The notes below the pieces were generated by a model. That model made no database searches. It was not told the origin of the DNA and was given only the letters and a program-made list of their open reading frames with translations. 64,000 nt of DNA, taken from positions 85,870,001 to 85,934,000 of the forward strand of contig NC_090332.1 in NCBI RefSeq assembly GCF_035084215.1. Direction: 5' to 3'. Origin of the DNA: Heptranchias perlo. Its lineage: Eukaryota. Within the stretch, counting starts at the first letter, position 1, and each line of letters opens with the position of its first letter. The translations under genes were made by a program, and so were the position numbers. Below, piece by piece: positions 35,847 through 48,509 of this stretch.

Positions 35847-37838
35847 TATTCATTCAGGAATTAGCCAGAAGTTAAAACTCAGGCATGTTTTGGGTGGGGT
35901 TGGGCTTTGTTGAATATCGAATCACATACACTGAGATATTCAGGCTGATGAAGATGACCTGGAATTATTCATTACAGTGGACAGAATTAGACATTTTGAG
36001 GAAGTAGCAGGCGGGCAGGAAACGTTGCCAAAGATAAATTTGTCCAAATCATATGAAATTTTTTGTTCAAAATGTTATGGAAAAAAATATACATGTAAAT
36101 ACAGAAATTATAATTTTTGTAAGCTTTTCTGAGCTCCTTTTGAGACTTGTTAAAATATTGTCCTTGGAAAAAAAAATGTTTGGATGCATATTCAGAATGT
36201 AGGTGTTCCAATAGTGCAGTTTATATGATTTTTAAATCTGTGAAATTCTTTCTGCAAACAAAGATTGTAATATTTTAAAAAAAAAGTTTCGAGAGGGAAA
36301 GAAAATAAGGTTAATTACTGCAGCTGTCTATACAAGGTTATGACTTGTTTTTATTTAATTTTAATATTGCCTCTTTTCCTTTTATATATGGGTTTGCTAC
36401 CTTCCCAATCCAGGCTACCCTCCTTCAGCCACAGACAGTATCGCCTGTACCACAGCTGCCTGCTTCACAACTGCTACCCACCCGCGGATCACTTTAGCGT
36501 CGGGGGTGGGGGCCCGGCCGGCTAAGAAAGAAAGTGGGGTGGGGGGGTAGGGAACCTGCGGCAATTGGACCCAAGGGCCTACTGATCTGTAGCACGGTCC
36601 GCAACGGAAGGTTCTAGATCTGATTCGTACAACGGTGGCTCTTCACGCACACTAAACACAAAAGTAACTGGCCAACCCAGCGATGAAGTAACTCAGTTAC
36701 TGGGGGGAGGGGTTTAAAAACCCACCTTGCCCGTTTGCTGTAAGTCTCGGTGGTCTTTCTGCCCGCAGACGTTTTTTTATTAAAATTGGCCTTTGCTTAA
36801 ACTTTTTTTTTCACTGCTGCGATCAGTTTGATCCGCTGTTAAACCCAAGCGCTGGCTTGATCCCGAACATCATGCATATGGTGAAGACTGCTGTTTACGG
36901 CCTCTGCGGAAAAAGCGGAGGAATTCACAGAATTCGATCCCTGTTTAAAAAAAAATCCTGGACTCCAATGTAATAAAAACTCAATTTGACTCGTGCAATA
37001 ACGGTAAACCAGTGCCTCTAATTAGTGCAAGAAAGTTCCAAAGCCTGAAACAATTCCAAATATGTTGTCACATTGGATCCAAAGCTTGATTACCTTTTTT
37101 GTCCCCAGCGTCTGTATTAACATCATCTCACAGAATGTCATTGACTGCAGCTCTCACTCGTTATAATTGCACTACTTTTAAAAGCCAGCGTGAAAATAAG
37201 ATAGCCGTCACTGAAATTGTGGACTTGTGAACAGTTATTCTTCGTTCCTTTAAGTCCTCTAAAGAATCTGTTTAACACCTCGGCTCTACAACATATGGTC
37301 CTGTTAACAGCATCAAGCAAGCTAGCATATGGTATAGTGAATAAATCGACTCTTCCGCGCAGAGCTGGGGAGACTGCGGTGTTTGCACATGAAGCCCTGT
37401 ATCACGTGTGAAATGTCTCTTAACCTGTCACTGTTTGTACTTTCCTAAATAAGCGGAAGAATTTACTCTCCGGTTTAAAAGCCAGGGTTGGAATGGTGTC
37501 ACTTCCACTGATCTGTAACCTGAAGGTGCAAATTATGTTAAGTGGCCAGTGTTTAACAGTCCTTTGATGTTACAGGCCTGAGTACACTTCTCCCCCAGTG
37601 TACTCTAAACGCAGGTCGCCCACCCTCCCTCCCGTGGCAAAAAGGAAACACATGCGCAGAGTAGCCAAGACTAATTGCCCGCCGAGCGTGCACAAGTAAT
37701 TGCCCCGTGAGACATTTAACTAACAATGTGACAACGCACGCAGCGTTTTTTGGGACAGAGACGTATGCTTGATGTCGTGCTGTCATTGGGTGGGGGCTGG
37801 GTGCTGCACTTTTACTAGACGCTAACGTAGTGGGGGGA

Positions 37839-38056
37839 TGATGTGGAGATGCCGGTGATGGACTGGGGTTGACAATTGTAAACAATTTTACAACACCAAG
37901 TTATAGTCCAGCAATTTTATTTTAAATTCACAAGCTTTCGGAGACTTCCTCCTTCCTCAGGTAAATGTTTACCTGAGGAAGGAGGAAGTCTCCGAAAGCT
38001 TGTGAATTTAAAATAAAATTGCTGGACTATAACTTGGTGTTGTAAAATTGTTTACA
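37839..38056. mobile_element. Palindromic Penelope-like insertion with hammerheads on both strands
   Basis: Perfect 89-bp arms 37877-37965 and 37968-38056, 2-nt spacer; TSD gtagtgggggga at 37827-37838 and 38057-38068. Confidence 0.88.
37968..38006 (+). ncRNA. Minimal hammerhead ribozyme motif (sense, putative 3' UTR)
   Basis: UUUAC CUGAGGA A GGAG gaagu CUCC GAAA GCUU GUGAA; antisense twin at 37927-37965. Confidence 0.78.
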
Positions 38057-40471
38057 GTAGTGGGGGGAGGTGGGAATAGGTCTCCCTCGCCGCCAATCTA
38101 ACAAAACCCAGCGATTTGTGTCATTTTCTGGCCGAGAGATACCCAAATCTTTAGACGACCTGGGCTACGAGAGTCGGAAAGCGAGATACAATATAAAAAC
38201 GGCTTGAGGAAAGGCCCAACGCCCATCCTAATAATAAGCCGACCCTCCGAGTTCTACAGTTCTTACAACGCCCTGTCATCCGCTGTGCAGGATTTTAAAG
38301 ATTACGAACGTGAAACGATTTTGAGAGGTCTCTCCCCGGTTCCTAATGGACACGGGCCCCACAGCAAAACTGCCCCTAGTTCAGAGCTAGTCAGCAGTCG
38401 TAGAGGCCGCAAAAGAAAACATTCACCCGTTCTGAGGTTGAGTTTGTGACTCGTTTGTTAACGTGATGGAGAGGAGCTTTACAGCTGACTCAGCGCTGTC
38501 TGACCTCGAGTGCCCCAAAAGGGAACTTGTTCCATTTCCCCAGCACCAATGCCCCTCATCTTGACGAGCTCAAAATTCACCCTATGTTTTCCAACCTACA
38601 TTTAATTTGCGGGGGGTGTGTGCGTTTGATACGGGAGAGCATATGGTGTGCGCACCTAGTCACTGCAGCATTACTTGCGTCACCCAATTTGCTAAAGTAA
38701 TTGAAGTCTTTTAATTTAGACAGTCGCACCATTTATAGGATCATGTCCGTCAAACATAAAGTTACAAGTTACTGTTTTACGTGTTGTGGGAATTGATTGA
38801 GGCCGATGAAACTGCCCCCATTAATTTGCCTCTGCGTTATTACATTGGACTGGAGTTGAACAGCCTCCAGCATCTTATGCTGGAGAACCAGGATTGAACA
38901 TCCTAATAAATATCTGGGTTTGATTGTTTCAGTGGCAAAAAAAAATTCTGCAACTTCTATTTGTTGAAAGCTGTGACATGAGGCAAGAATGGACTTAAAG
39001 GAGGGTGGATTTGAAGATTTTAAAATGGGTGTTGTCCTTCATGAAAAAATGTTTGGCGAAACTATTCTCATCAAGGTTACTAACCTACCATAAAATTTAA
39101 ACCTACGTTTAAAAAAATTACATCATTTCCTCCCTTGGGCATGAAACTATCATGAATAGATTCACAAGTCCGTCTGGTTCCTCACTTTTCCAAACTAAAA
39201 CAGATAGTTTGCTTGAAAAAAAAGTTTTGTTTTTCATGAAGCCTTAACTAGAAACAAGTGTTGAGCCGAATTCTGCCCCAGTTTTTAATTTGAATGCGCC
39301 TGTTTTATTTAATTGGCATCGTGGGCAAGAAGATATTGTGCACGGCACACTCACCTATTCAAGCAACTGTGTCCCCCACCATCACAACAAGCATTGTTTC
39401 CCTCCTGGTCAAGCCCTGGTCAATCTGTGGTTGAAGTCACGGTCATAAAGGTAAAGTGTTTTTTTTTAAATGTTATGTTTTTACCCTTTGTATTCTAATT
39501 GGGGCATGGAATGTGTGTCCCTTGGGAAGGGCACAGCAAGAAAAGAGTGGATTCTGTCTGTCCAAATCCTGGTAGTTTAATGGGCGAGGGACATGTCCAC
39601 CTGCTCTGTCACGACAGCTTCATCTAAATAAGGACCGCATGGCCTAAGAGTTCAAATACCAGAAGCTCCTTGGACCCAGTTAAGGTTGATTCCACTTACA
39701 CCAATCAGCAGGGATATACCACATGCCACTTGGATTTGCACACGGACAATTAGTTGCTCGTGGGAGGGCGGTTTCTTTTCTTGCTGGCTACGCCGTTAAA
39801 ATTCACACATTGGATTTGGGAGGCCCTGTGTTTTAGCTTGTCTGAATCCAAACCTGAAGTCTGAATTTACCTACCTGAATGCTCGTCACTAGTTTAAACT
39901 TCTATTCGTTTGTTGTTCCTTAAAGCTCGGGATTGTAATTCAGTACATAGAAATCTAATTGTTTCCAGCTTTAATTGAGGGAGGTTCAGGAGAGTTCAGT
40001 TGTGACATTCAATCTATTCAGGTGTATGCGGCAAAAACGAACATTACCGAGAAATGATTTGACTCGCAATTAAATTTTAAATGTAAATGAGGCTTATTGC
40101 TGATTCTGAAAAATAAAGAAATGAATTAAGGTGTGTCTTTAAGCTCCGTCTGCGCGCACCAAGATACATGAAATAGCACTGCCAAGACTTGAGATCTCAA
40201 AAAAAAATCCCCCAATTTTATTGCATGGATTCTGATAATTGGCTGGGTTTATGGGTGATACATGGTGCTGTGTGCACCAACACTGACTGGTGCAGAGTGG
40301 TTTGTAAATTTGATTTATCTATGATGTTCATGAGCAGGCTTACCCTGTACTATAAAGTGCTGATGGTAAAAGGTTTGTATATATTTGTATACTGATTTTT
40401 TTTATACATAATGTACAAAAAAAAAGTTATGTGTTTTGTTTTCTTTGTGACATCAGGGCTTTTTTTAATAT

Positions 40472-40523
40472 AATAAAGACAACTGACTAGTACTTGGCAT
40501 ATCAAATGTACGAAACAAATAAA
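40472..40523 (+). promoter_or_regulatory. Candidate distal polyadenylation signals
   Basis: AATAAA at 40472-40477 and 40518-40523, upstream TGTA elements, downstream T-rich tract. Confidence 0.45.
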
Positions 40524-40859
40524 ACCTTTCGCATTCCCTTAACTCTGGCCTCTTTTTTTTCTGTCTATGCTCAATCGCTGATAAAATTACTGCTATTAAC
40601 TAGTGTGAACAGGCCCTTTTTTTAATGAGCCACTTAAAGGAATTGTGATGTAGGATTTTTTTTTTTGCTATACATTTAATTACGGAGTGAAAAGCATTTA
40701 GCAACAATCGTGCCTCGAAATTGAGTCTTCAAAAATATCCTTTTTTTCTGATATTTTAACTGAGATATTTAACCAGTTTAAAATAAGTGAGTTAATGCCT
40801 CCATTAAAACAGCCCACAAGGAATTTTTTTAAGAATGCATGCATTCATATGTATATTAT

Positions 40860-41270
40860 AGACAAATCTCCAGGACCTGATGATTTCCGTCCCAGGGTAT
40901 TAAAAGAAATAGATGAGGAAATTACAGATGCATTAGTCATAATTTTCCAAAGCTCTCAATTCAGGAATTGTGCCTTTGGATTGGAAGAGTACAAATGTCC
41001 CTTATTTAAGAAGGGACGGAGGGAGAAACCAGGTAACTACATACCCGTCAGTTTAATATCAATTGTGGGGAAGCTACTGGACTCTGTCATCAGGGACAAG
41101 AGTGACTGTGCACTTGGACATGTATCAGCTGATCAAAAAGAGTCGGCACGGATTTGTGATGGGAAGGTCGTGCCCGTCTAATCTAGTTGAATTTTTTGAG
41201 GAGGTCGCTAGCCTGGTGGAAAGAGGGAGTATCTGTGAACGTTGTCTATGTGGACTTCCTGAAGGCATGA
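40860..41270 (+). mobile_element. CR1 RT N-terminal fragment
   Basis: KSPGPDDFRPRVLKE...PLFKKGRREKPGNYIPVSLISIVGKLL. Confidence 0.8.
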
Positions 41271-42429
41271 TCTAGGAACATTAAGACCCCAAAGAAGTCT
41301 ATAAATGGAGGGACCACCCAAAGCCAATAGCAGTGCGAGACAGTAACAGTGAGCCAGAAGATACCTCTGCTGAAACATGGTTGCAGGAAGCAAGAGCCAT
41401 TTTCTCGCACTCAGAGGACACCTTCAGCTAAGTTCTATATCTTCCTAACGCTCGCAGGAAGATAGGAACAGGAGTAGGCCATTCAGCCCCTCGAGCCTGA
41501 CCCGCCATTCAATAAGATCATGGCTGCTCTGCATCTCAACTCTGGACTGTGATCAATCTCCGAGGGTGAGCAGGCCACTAGATCTCTTGCTGGAAATGTC
41601 TCCACATGTACAGCAGGTGAGAAATGTGAGTCCAGGGGGTGAACAGGGCTATTCCGCCAATGCTGCCTGTATCTTGGGGCAGGATTCAAGCCAAGAGGTC
41701 CATAGGTGAAGACCTGGTGCTTTAGAACGCTGCTCCAACCCACTCTCTGATTATACCCTCACTTTAAGATTGGCAAATGCTCAAAACTTCATAAATCAAG
41801 GCAAATGGAATATTATTAAACTAGGCTGTTGAATCATGAATAAATAACTAGTGCCATTCTTAAAAATGATTTTGATTTAAGACTCACTTTAGTTCATTCT
41901 ACATCGAGTAATTTGGACGACGCACAAAACTAGGTGAATGATTAACTTCCAACGGTAAGAGTGAAAGGAATAATGAGACCAACCATAAATTACTGGCTTG
42001 TTATCCCAGTCCAATCTCCAAGTCTTTTTTTTCCTCTCGGCAGTAATTAGGGTCAAATCCAGGGGACAATATTATAATCTGTCTTTAAAAATATTCGTAA
42101 AAAACACAATACAGACAAAAGACAATTTGGTTACCTGTACCAAATTGCATAACCTTGCAGAAAACCAGCTCCCTATATCCAGTAGGCCCAAAATGATACA
42201 AGTGTAACCTAGACTGGGTTAATTGACCTGCTCAGACTGCATAGGCTTTCAAATTAGGGTCCCTTGGCCCTAAGGCATCTGCAAGGTGATTGGATTGCTG
42301 GCCCTCTGGCACCAAGCTCTGAATGTTTCTCTACTTGTTGACCAGCCAGCATGCTATGCCTGTTGCTCTTTACTCACATTTTCTACAATGTTTTCCTTTT
42401 GACTAACTGACACTGTCTTTCATAAGTTA

Positions 42430-42677
42430 TGATGTGGAGATGCCGGTGATGGACTGGGGTTGACAATTGTAAACAATTTTACAACACCAAGTTATAGTCC
42501 AGCAATTTTATTTTAAATTCACAAGCTTTCGGAGGCTTCCCCCTTCGTCAGGTGAACGATGTGAAATAACTATAGATTCACATCGTTCACCTGACGAAGG
42601 GGGAAGCCTCCGAAAGCTTGTGAATTTAAAATAAAATTGCTGGACTATAACTTGGTGTTGTAAAATTGTTTACAATT
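42430..42677. mobile_element. Palindromic Penelope-like insertion with hammerheads on both strands
   Basis: 101-bp arms 42465-42565 and 42577-42677; TSD tttcataagtta at 42418-42429 and 42677-42688; hammerheads at 42518-42556(-) and 42586-42624(+). Confidence 0.88.
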
Positions 42678-42694
42678 TTCATAAGTTAGGACGG

Positions 42695-43180
42695 GAGTCT
42701 TGGAGAGGGTGCAGAGGAGATTTACCAGAACGGTACCAGGGATGAGGGACTTGAGTTATGAGGAGAGACTGGAGAATCTGGGAGCGTTCTCCTTAAAGCA
42801 GAGAAGGTTAAAGGGGAGATTTAATAGAGGTGTTCAAAATCACACGGGGTTTTGATGGAGTAAATAAGGAGGAACTGTTCCCAGTGGCATTAGGGTCGGT
42901 AAGCAGAGGGCACGGATTTACAACAATTGGCAAAAGAACCAGAGGCGAGACGAAGAGAATTTTTTTTACGCAGCAAGTTGTTATGATCTGGAATACGCTG
43001 CCTGAAAGTGCGGTGGAAGCAGATTCAATGGTAACTTTCAAAAGGGAATTGGATGAATAAAGGAAAAAATTTGCAGGGCTATGGGGAAAGAGCAGGGGAG
43101 TGGGACTAATTGGATAGCTCTTTCAAAGAGGCGGCAGAGGCACGATGGGCCGAATGGCCTCCTTCTGTGCTGCGTGATTC
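42695..43180 (+). mobile_element. CR1 LINE 3' fragment
   Basis: RGHGF...IFFTQQVVMIWNTLPESAVEADS. Confidence 0.85.
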
Positions 43181-43834
43181 TGAGTCCCTGGGAATATTGC
43201 ACAGAAAAGTTTGAAAACCATTGTGGGAGCTGGCTGACTTGTATTCAGTGCACTCTGCAAGGCAGTCATGTTGCTGTTTCTTTTACCCATGTGAATGCAA
43301 GGTACATCTGTACACAGCGAAACAGTTCTGTATTTTTCTATAGTTATTTAAATGAGTTGACTACATGCGGAGAGAGGAAGCAGTTGTAGCACACAGCACA
43401 GGGGAAAGAAATTCAGGATAGTTTACAATGACATTGACCAACCTCGAGGGAAGTCTGGTTTACACCAGCACTGGTTCAGAAGTGGCTGAGATGCTATATT
43501 TCAGAGGATGGATTACATGATTAATATAGTGAAGTATAACCCTGCTTTTATATTTGGTGTTGGATATCAGACTGCTTCCGCAAAATGAGACATCACTTTT
43601 CCCTGTTGCCTCCCCTCCTTCCCCGCCAAACCCAGCTCCCCACCATCCTCATTTTTTCACACAAAGGGTAGTGGAAATATTAAATTCTCTCCCCCAGAGG
43701 GGTGAGGATACTGGCGGGGGAGGGGTCAAATGAAATTTTCAACACTGAGATCCGCAGATTTTTGTTAGTCGAGGGTGTCAAGGGATGTGGAGCAAAGGTG
43801 GGTAAATGGAGTTGAGGTGCAGATCAGCCTTTCT

Positions 43835-44330
43835 ATTTATTCCTTCATGAGATGTGGGCATCGCTGGCGAGGCCAGCATTTATTGCCCCATTCCTAATTG
43901 CTCTTGAGAAGGTGGTGGTGAGCTGCCGCCTTCAACCGCTGCAGTCCGTGTAGTGAAGGTTCTCCCACAGTGCTGTTAGGGAGGGAGTTCCAGGATTTTG
44001 ACCCAGCGACGATGAAGGAACGGCGATATATTTCCAAGTCGGGATGATGTGTGACTTGGAGGGGAACGTGCAGGTGGTGTTGTTGCCATGTGCCTGCTGC
44101 CCTTGTCCTTCAAGGTGGTAGAGGTCGCGGGTTTGGGAGGTGCTGTCCAAGAAGCCTTGGCGAGTTGATGCAGTGCGTCCTGTGGATGGTACACACTGCA
44201 GCCACGGTGCGCCGGTGGTGAAGGGAGCGAATGTTTAGGGTGGTGGATGGGGTGCCAATCAAGCGGGCAGCTTTGTCCTGGATGGTGTCGAGCTTCTTGA
44301 GTGTTGTTGGAGCTGCGCTCATCCAGGCAA
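43835..44330 (-). mobile_element. LINE 3' fragment (third family)
   Basis: LDTIQDKAARLIG...SLHHRRTVAAVCTIHR, an ORF2 C-terminal motif of non-LTR elements. Confidence 0.8.
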
Positions 44331-44959
44331 GTGGATGATCTAATTAAATCAAGCCATGATCTAATTGAATGGTGGAACAGGCTCGAGGGGCTGAATGACC
44401 TCCTCCTGTCCCTATATTTCCAGTTCTCCCCCAGCCCCCTTCCCAGTCCCTGTTCCTTTTGAACCAGCTCTTTATGCTGGAGTGAATGAGCATTGGCCCT
44501 GTCCAATGACAGCTGCCAGAAGTGTTTGTGTGTGTGCATATTGGATTAGAACAGGACTGAGTTCAGCTGTGCCAAACAGCCTGTGACACCTTCCATCCAT
44601 TCTGTGGCCATTTTAGTAAATACCAGGAAAGGCTACAATCACCCAGAGAACTGCACTCCATCATGACAGGAGGGGAGAAAGGAGGAACACATTAGAGTCC
44701 AGAAGAAACATTCTAAGCCTAATGAGCAAGGCAGTAATACAAGAAGAAAATCATTTGTGTTGCTCTAAAATGAACATAAGTTACTTGTGCCTGCCTATTT
44801 TATAATCCAAATTCTATTGCATTAAACAAAATTAAATTAAACATAGAATTAAGTCAGTAAGTAAACTGTGATTGGTTTTGCATTGTAATGCAATACTTTC
44901 ACATTGGAGATGACGCTAAAGTTCACTCCTCTTCCCCAGCTGCTCAAAGAGTTTAGGCA

Positions 44960-45270
44960 ATGAGTGGCTGAGAATAGGAGGGTCGCTAGTTCAATCACTT
45001 ACCTGTACTGAGTTGGCTGATCCCATCTAGGACAGTGATAAGGGCACTACAATGTGTGGCAGCTCCCCCAGAGATAGGAGGGAGAAATGAGCTAGCCTCC
45101 CTACTCCGGATCCCACTAACTGGTACCCCTTGTTGGAAGTGTGCATGTATGAACATTGAGTAAGGATAGGATGAGGTCCAGCAATGTTCCCCCCCGTCCA
45201 TCAATACTCACTGCCAAGGTTGATATACAAGTAATGGATACTTAGGTGGAGAACTTGAGGGCAAACATAT
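44960..45270 (+). mobile_element. LF-SINE-like relic (a second short inverted piece at ~45510-45625)
   Basis: ctgagttggctgatcccatc...gggcactacaat...ggaagtgtgcatgtatg...atactcactgccaagg. Confidence 0.55.
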
Positions 45271-48200
45271 GTTAAAAAATGTAGACTGTAAAAAGCTGCT
45301 GATGCGCCTTTTTTTTGGCCAGTGGCCATTTTCAATTTGGTGCAAAATTGGCAGTGAGATCGCCAACAATGCAAAAACTCCCCAGTCCTTTCATATTTCA
45401 TCGGAGATCTTGTTTCTTTATTTCCCCTCCACTTTTGTCCCTTTATCGTTCCTCTTTAGAAGGTGGTTATAGGTCATCACATCTTGAGTGTCAGCTTTTG
45501 CTCACCAAACTATCCCTTCTAGCTGGAGTCACTGGATAACGATCAGATGGGGCCCATTCTTCCCTTCCCCTAGCCCAGGAACTCTGAGGTCAATTGTAGT
45601 ACTTCAGTAATAACCCAGGTAGGATTTGATGCTTCCTTCAACAAAACCTCCTAACTAAAGTGCAAGACATCTGTGTCATAGGGAACAGAAGGAAAAGCCA
45701 CTGAGGAATGTCAGTTGTGTTTTGAGTTCATGACTTCACCTAGTAGATCATTTCAAGCTTTTATCATCCTTTGAGGAAAGTCTTTTTTTTGCCTCTCTAA
45801 CGTATCTGTTACTTTTCATTAATTTACACTTATGGCCTCTTGTCCTATTAGCTTGACATATCTTTGAAGCAATATTCTGGATTTGCCTTATCCATACCAT
45901 TTAACACATCACTTCTCGAGAATCAGCCTTTAACCATTTCTCTATAATATAGAGCTGAAAGCTTCTCTAATCTTTCCTCATAGTTCATCGCTCTCACACT
46001 TGGAACCATTCTTGTTGCTCTGCTCTGCACCCTTACCAATACATGCATGTCCTTTTGAAAGCATGGTGATCAAAGCTGTACACAGTACTCCACGTGGGAT
46101 CTGACCAGTGCATTATAAAACCTCGGCATAACCTGTGTGGATTTATACTCCGCTGTTCTAACTATATATCTCATCATTCAATTTCCCTTTTTAATTGCTT
46201 CTCTACATCTCGATATTGAAAGTGACTAGTCTACTGTATAGTACTGCCAGGTCCCTTTCAAAGTCTCCCCGAACAAATTCTAGTCTCTCCATTGTAGACC
46301 TGTCACTCATTTTTCACTCAATATGCAGACTTTATATTTGTCAGTATTACATTTCATTTGCCATTAATCTGCCCAATAGCATATTTCATCTAAGTCTTTC
46401 TGAGAATCATTAACTGCACTTTCTGCCTCAACTGCTCTCCTTTTTTTAGTGTTGTCTGCAAATTTAACAAGTGCGCAGGGCAGTTTGTAATTACGGGTAT
46501 CTCCATACATCCATGGTTGTTATCTCAGGATAACTTAGTGACATCAAAGCAGCATTCCTATATTTATTGATTTATGTAATTTGTTAAGTATTACCGTGCA
46601 GTGTGTATGTCTCCACGAGCTCTTAAATAGACATAAATCAGGAGCCATTTTCAACTGTTCAGATGAGCATTTAGTTATTGTTGGCAGGAATTGTTTCTGA
46701 ACTTCTGTTAATCTTCACGTAACAAATTGAAGGCGAAGTGACAAAAATGGGTTAAAGGCTGAGAAGTGGGGCTCATTCTATATGTGTGCACATAACCTCC
46801 AACTGCACACTCCTGGAGCTGTAGTTTATATAGAGCGTGTGTGTGGGGAGGTGGGGTGGGTAGAGCTGATGTGCCCAGGCATCTACTTCGGAATCTGTAG
46901 TTTATGTGGTCTATGTTCAAATGTAATTTATGTGGCCTGTGCATCTGTGCGAAGTATCCAAGCAAGTAGTCCTGGAGCTGAAGAGTATGTGCTTGTCTGT
47001 GTCTATGAGTGTGTGCAGGGTAGCTAGACATACATTCCTGGATGTGTGGTTAATATGGATTGCGTGTATGCAGTTTGCAGCCCAACCCTGGACTCCTGGC
47101 TTTTGTGGACCACAACACCCACAAGAGTCAGGCGATTGATGCACCACAACTCCCACAAAAACTTTTAACACTTTAGTGATAAAAAATCAGGCAATTTATA
47201 ACATGCTACTATTTCTTGACAATCTTTTCTTCTCCTGTACCTAATACTGAAAGGGGCTCAAGTTTTTTTTTTAAAAGCTGCCTCTTGCTGCGTGTAAACG
47301 TACGTGCACTTTTTGAAAGTCGAGAAACACAGCAGAATAGTGAATGCAGGCTAGCTCACTAGCACAGTCTGGCGGAGCTCCAGGATGTGACAGCGCGGAG
47401 TGTTGAAATATCAGTTTACTGCCAATTCCACCCACACAATTGTGAGTTGAGGTTATGCACTTCCCAAGGGGAAGGGGCAATCAGAGGGTGGAGTCTTGGG
47501 AGCAAGCATAGGTACATGTTCCAACCACATGCTAAATTGTTCTGAACATCCCACACACGTAATTTAGCTGAATAAAATGATATTTATATTTAACATGCCA
47601 TGTTTAAATTTATTGTTTAAAAGAGAACTGTACATAGAATTTACAGCGCAGATACAGGCCATTCAGCCCACTGGTCCATGCTAGTAGTTTAGCATAACTA
47701 CATAAGAACATAAGAAATAGGAGCAGGAGTAGGCCAATCGGCCCCTCGAGCCTGCTCCGCCATTCAATAAGATCATGGCTGATCTGATCCTAACCTCAAA
47801 TCTAAATTCATGTCCAATTTCCTGCCCGCTCCCCGTAACACTGTAGTGTTAGTGTTAGTACTAAGGCAGGGGTTGGCATACAGTCCTCTTAACTACCAGT
47901 AGAAAATAAGTTTAGGTAGTTTGAACCCAGATACTAATGGGAGCAGGTCCATTTCATAAAACTGCCCTCGGTAACCTCAGATAAGCACCAGATTAACAAC
48001 GCCATTAAGTGGGGAAGTGGGAGAATTCACATTGGTGCAGCAGGGAGGCTCCTTTTAAGGTTGATGTTGAAGAATATCTCTGAGGCAGTGTAAGGGGAGC
48101 TTTACCCGACTTACAAGTCCTTGATCCTGCAACCAGGTACCCAAAGTACAAATCGTGCTGCTTTCTCCAGCACTGATGTCTTAATACTTGTTTTGTATTT

Positions 48201-48509
48201 GATTTATATGATGTGTTGCTTGCAACGCTGTATTCAAAGTCATTTCTATAGTAACGTAGAAGCACATTCTCACACGTGATGCTGATAATGGTGATGCTGC
48301 TGTGTGCTACAATGAGCGTCAGTCAGCACAGACGCCTATCACACACAAACTCCTCTTTCCCACCTTTAAATCAACCAATTAATTTTATTATTTTGCATCA
48401 CGATGCGCATGAGGCCGCAGAGATAGAGGGATTCTTACCCATACTAAGAAGAGAAAAGGTACAGCATTCACAGAGGCCTTGGCGAAAGTTTCCCATTTGC
48501 CCAGAAATG

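Larger units (their letters stand above)
35324..40545 (+). other. SPTLC3: Putative long 3' UTR of SPTLC3
   Basis: ~5.2 kb nearly free of the LINE/SINE copies that crowd the rest of the window; AU/U-rich; TGTA-rich block at ~40370-40420 followed by two AATAAA and a U-rich tract. Confidence 0.5.
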
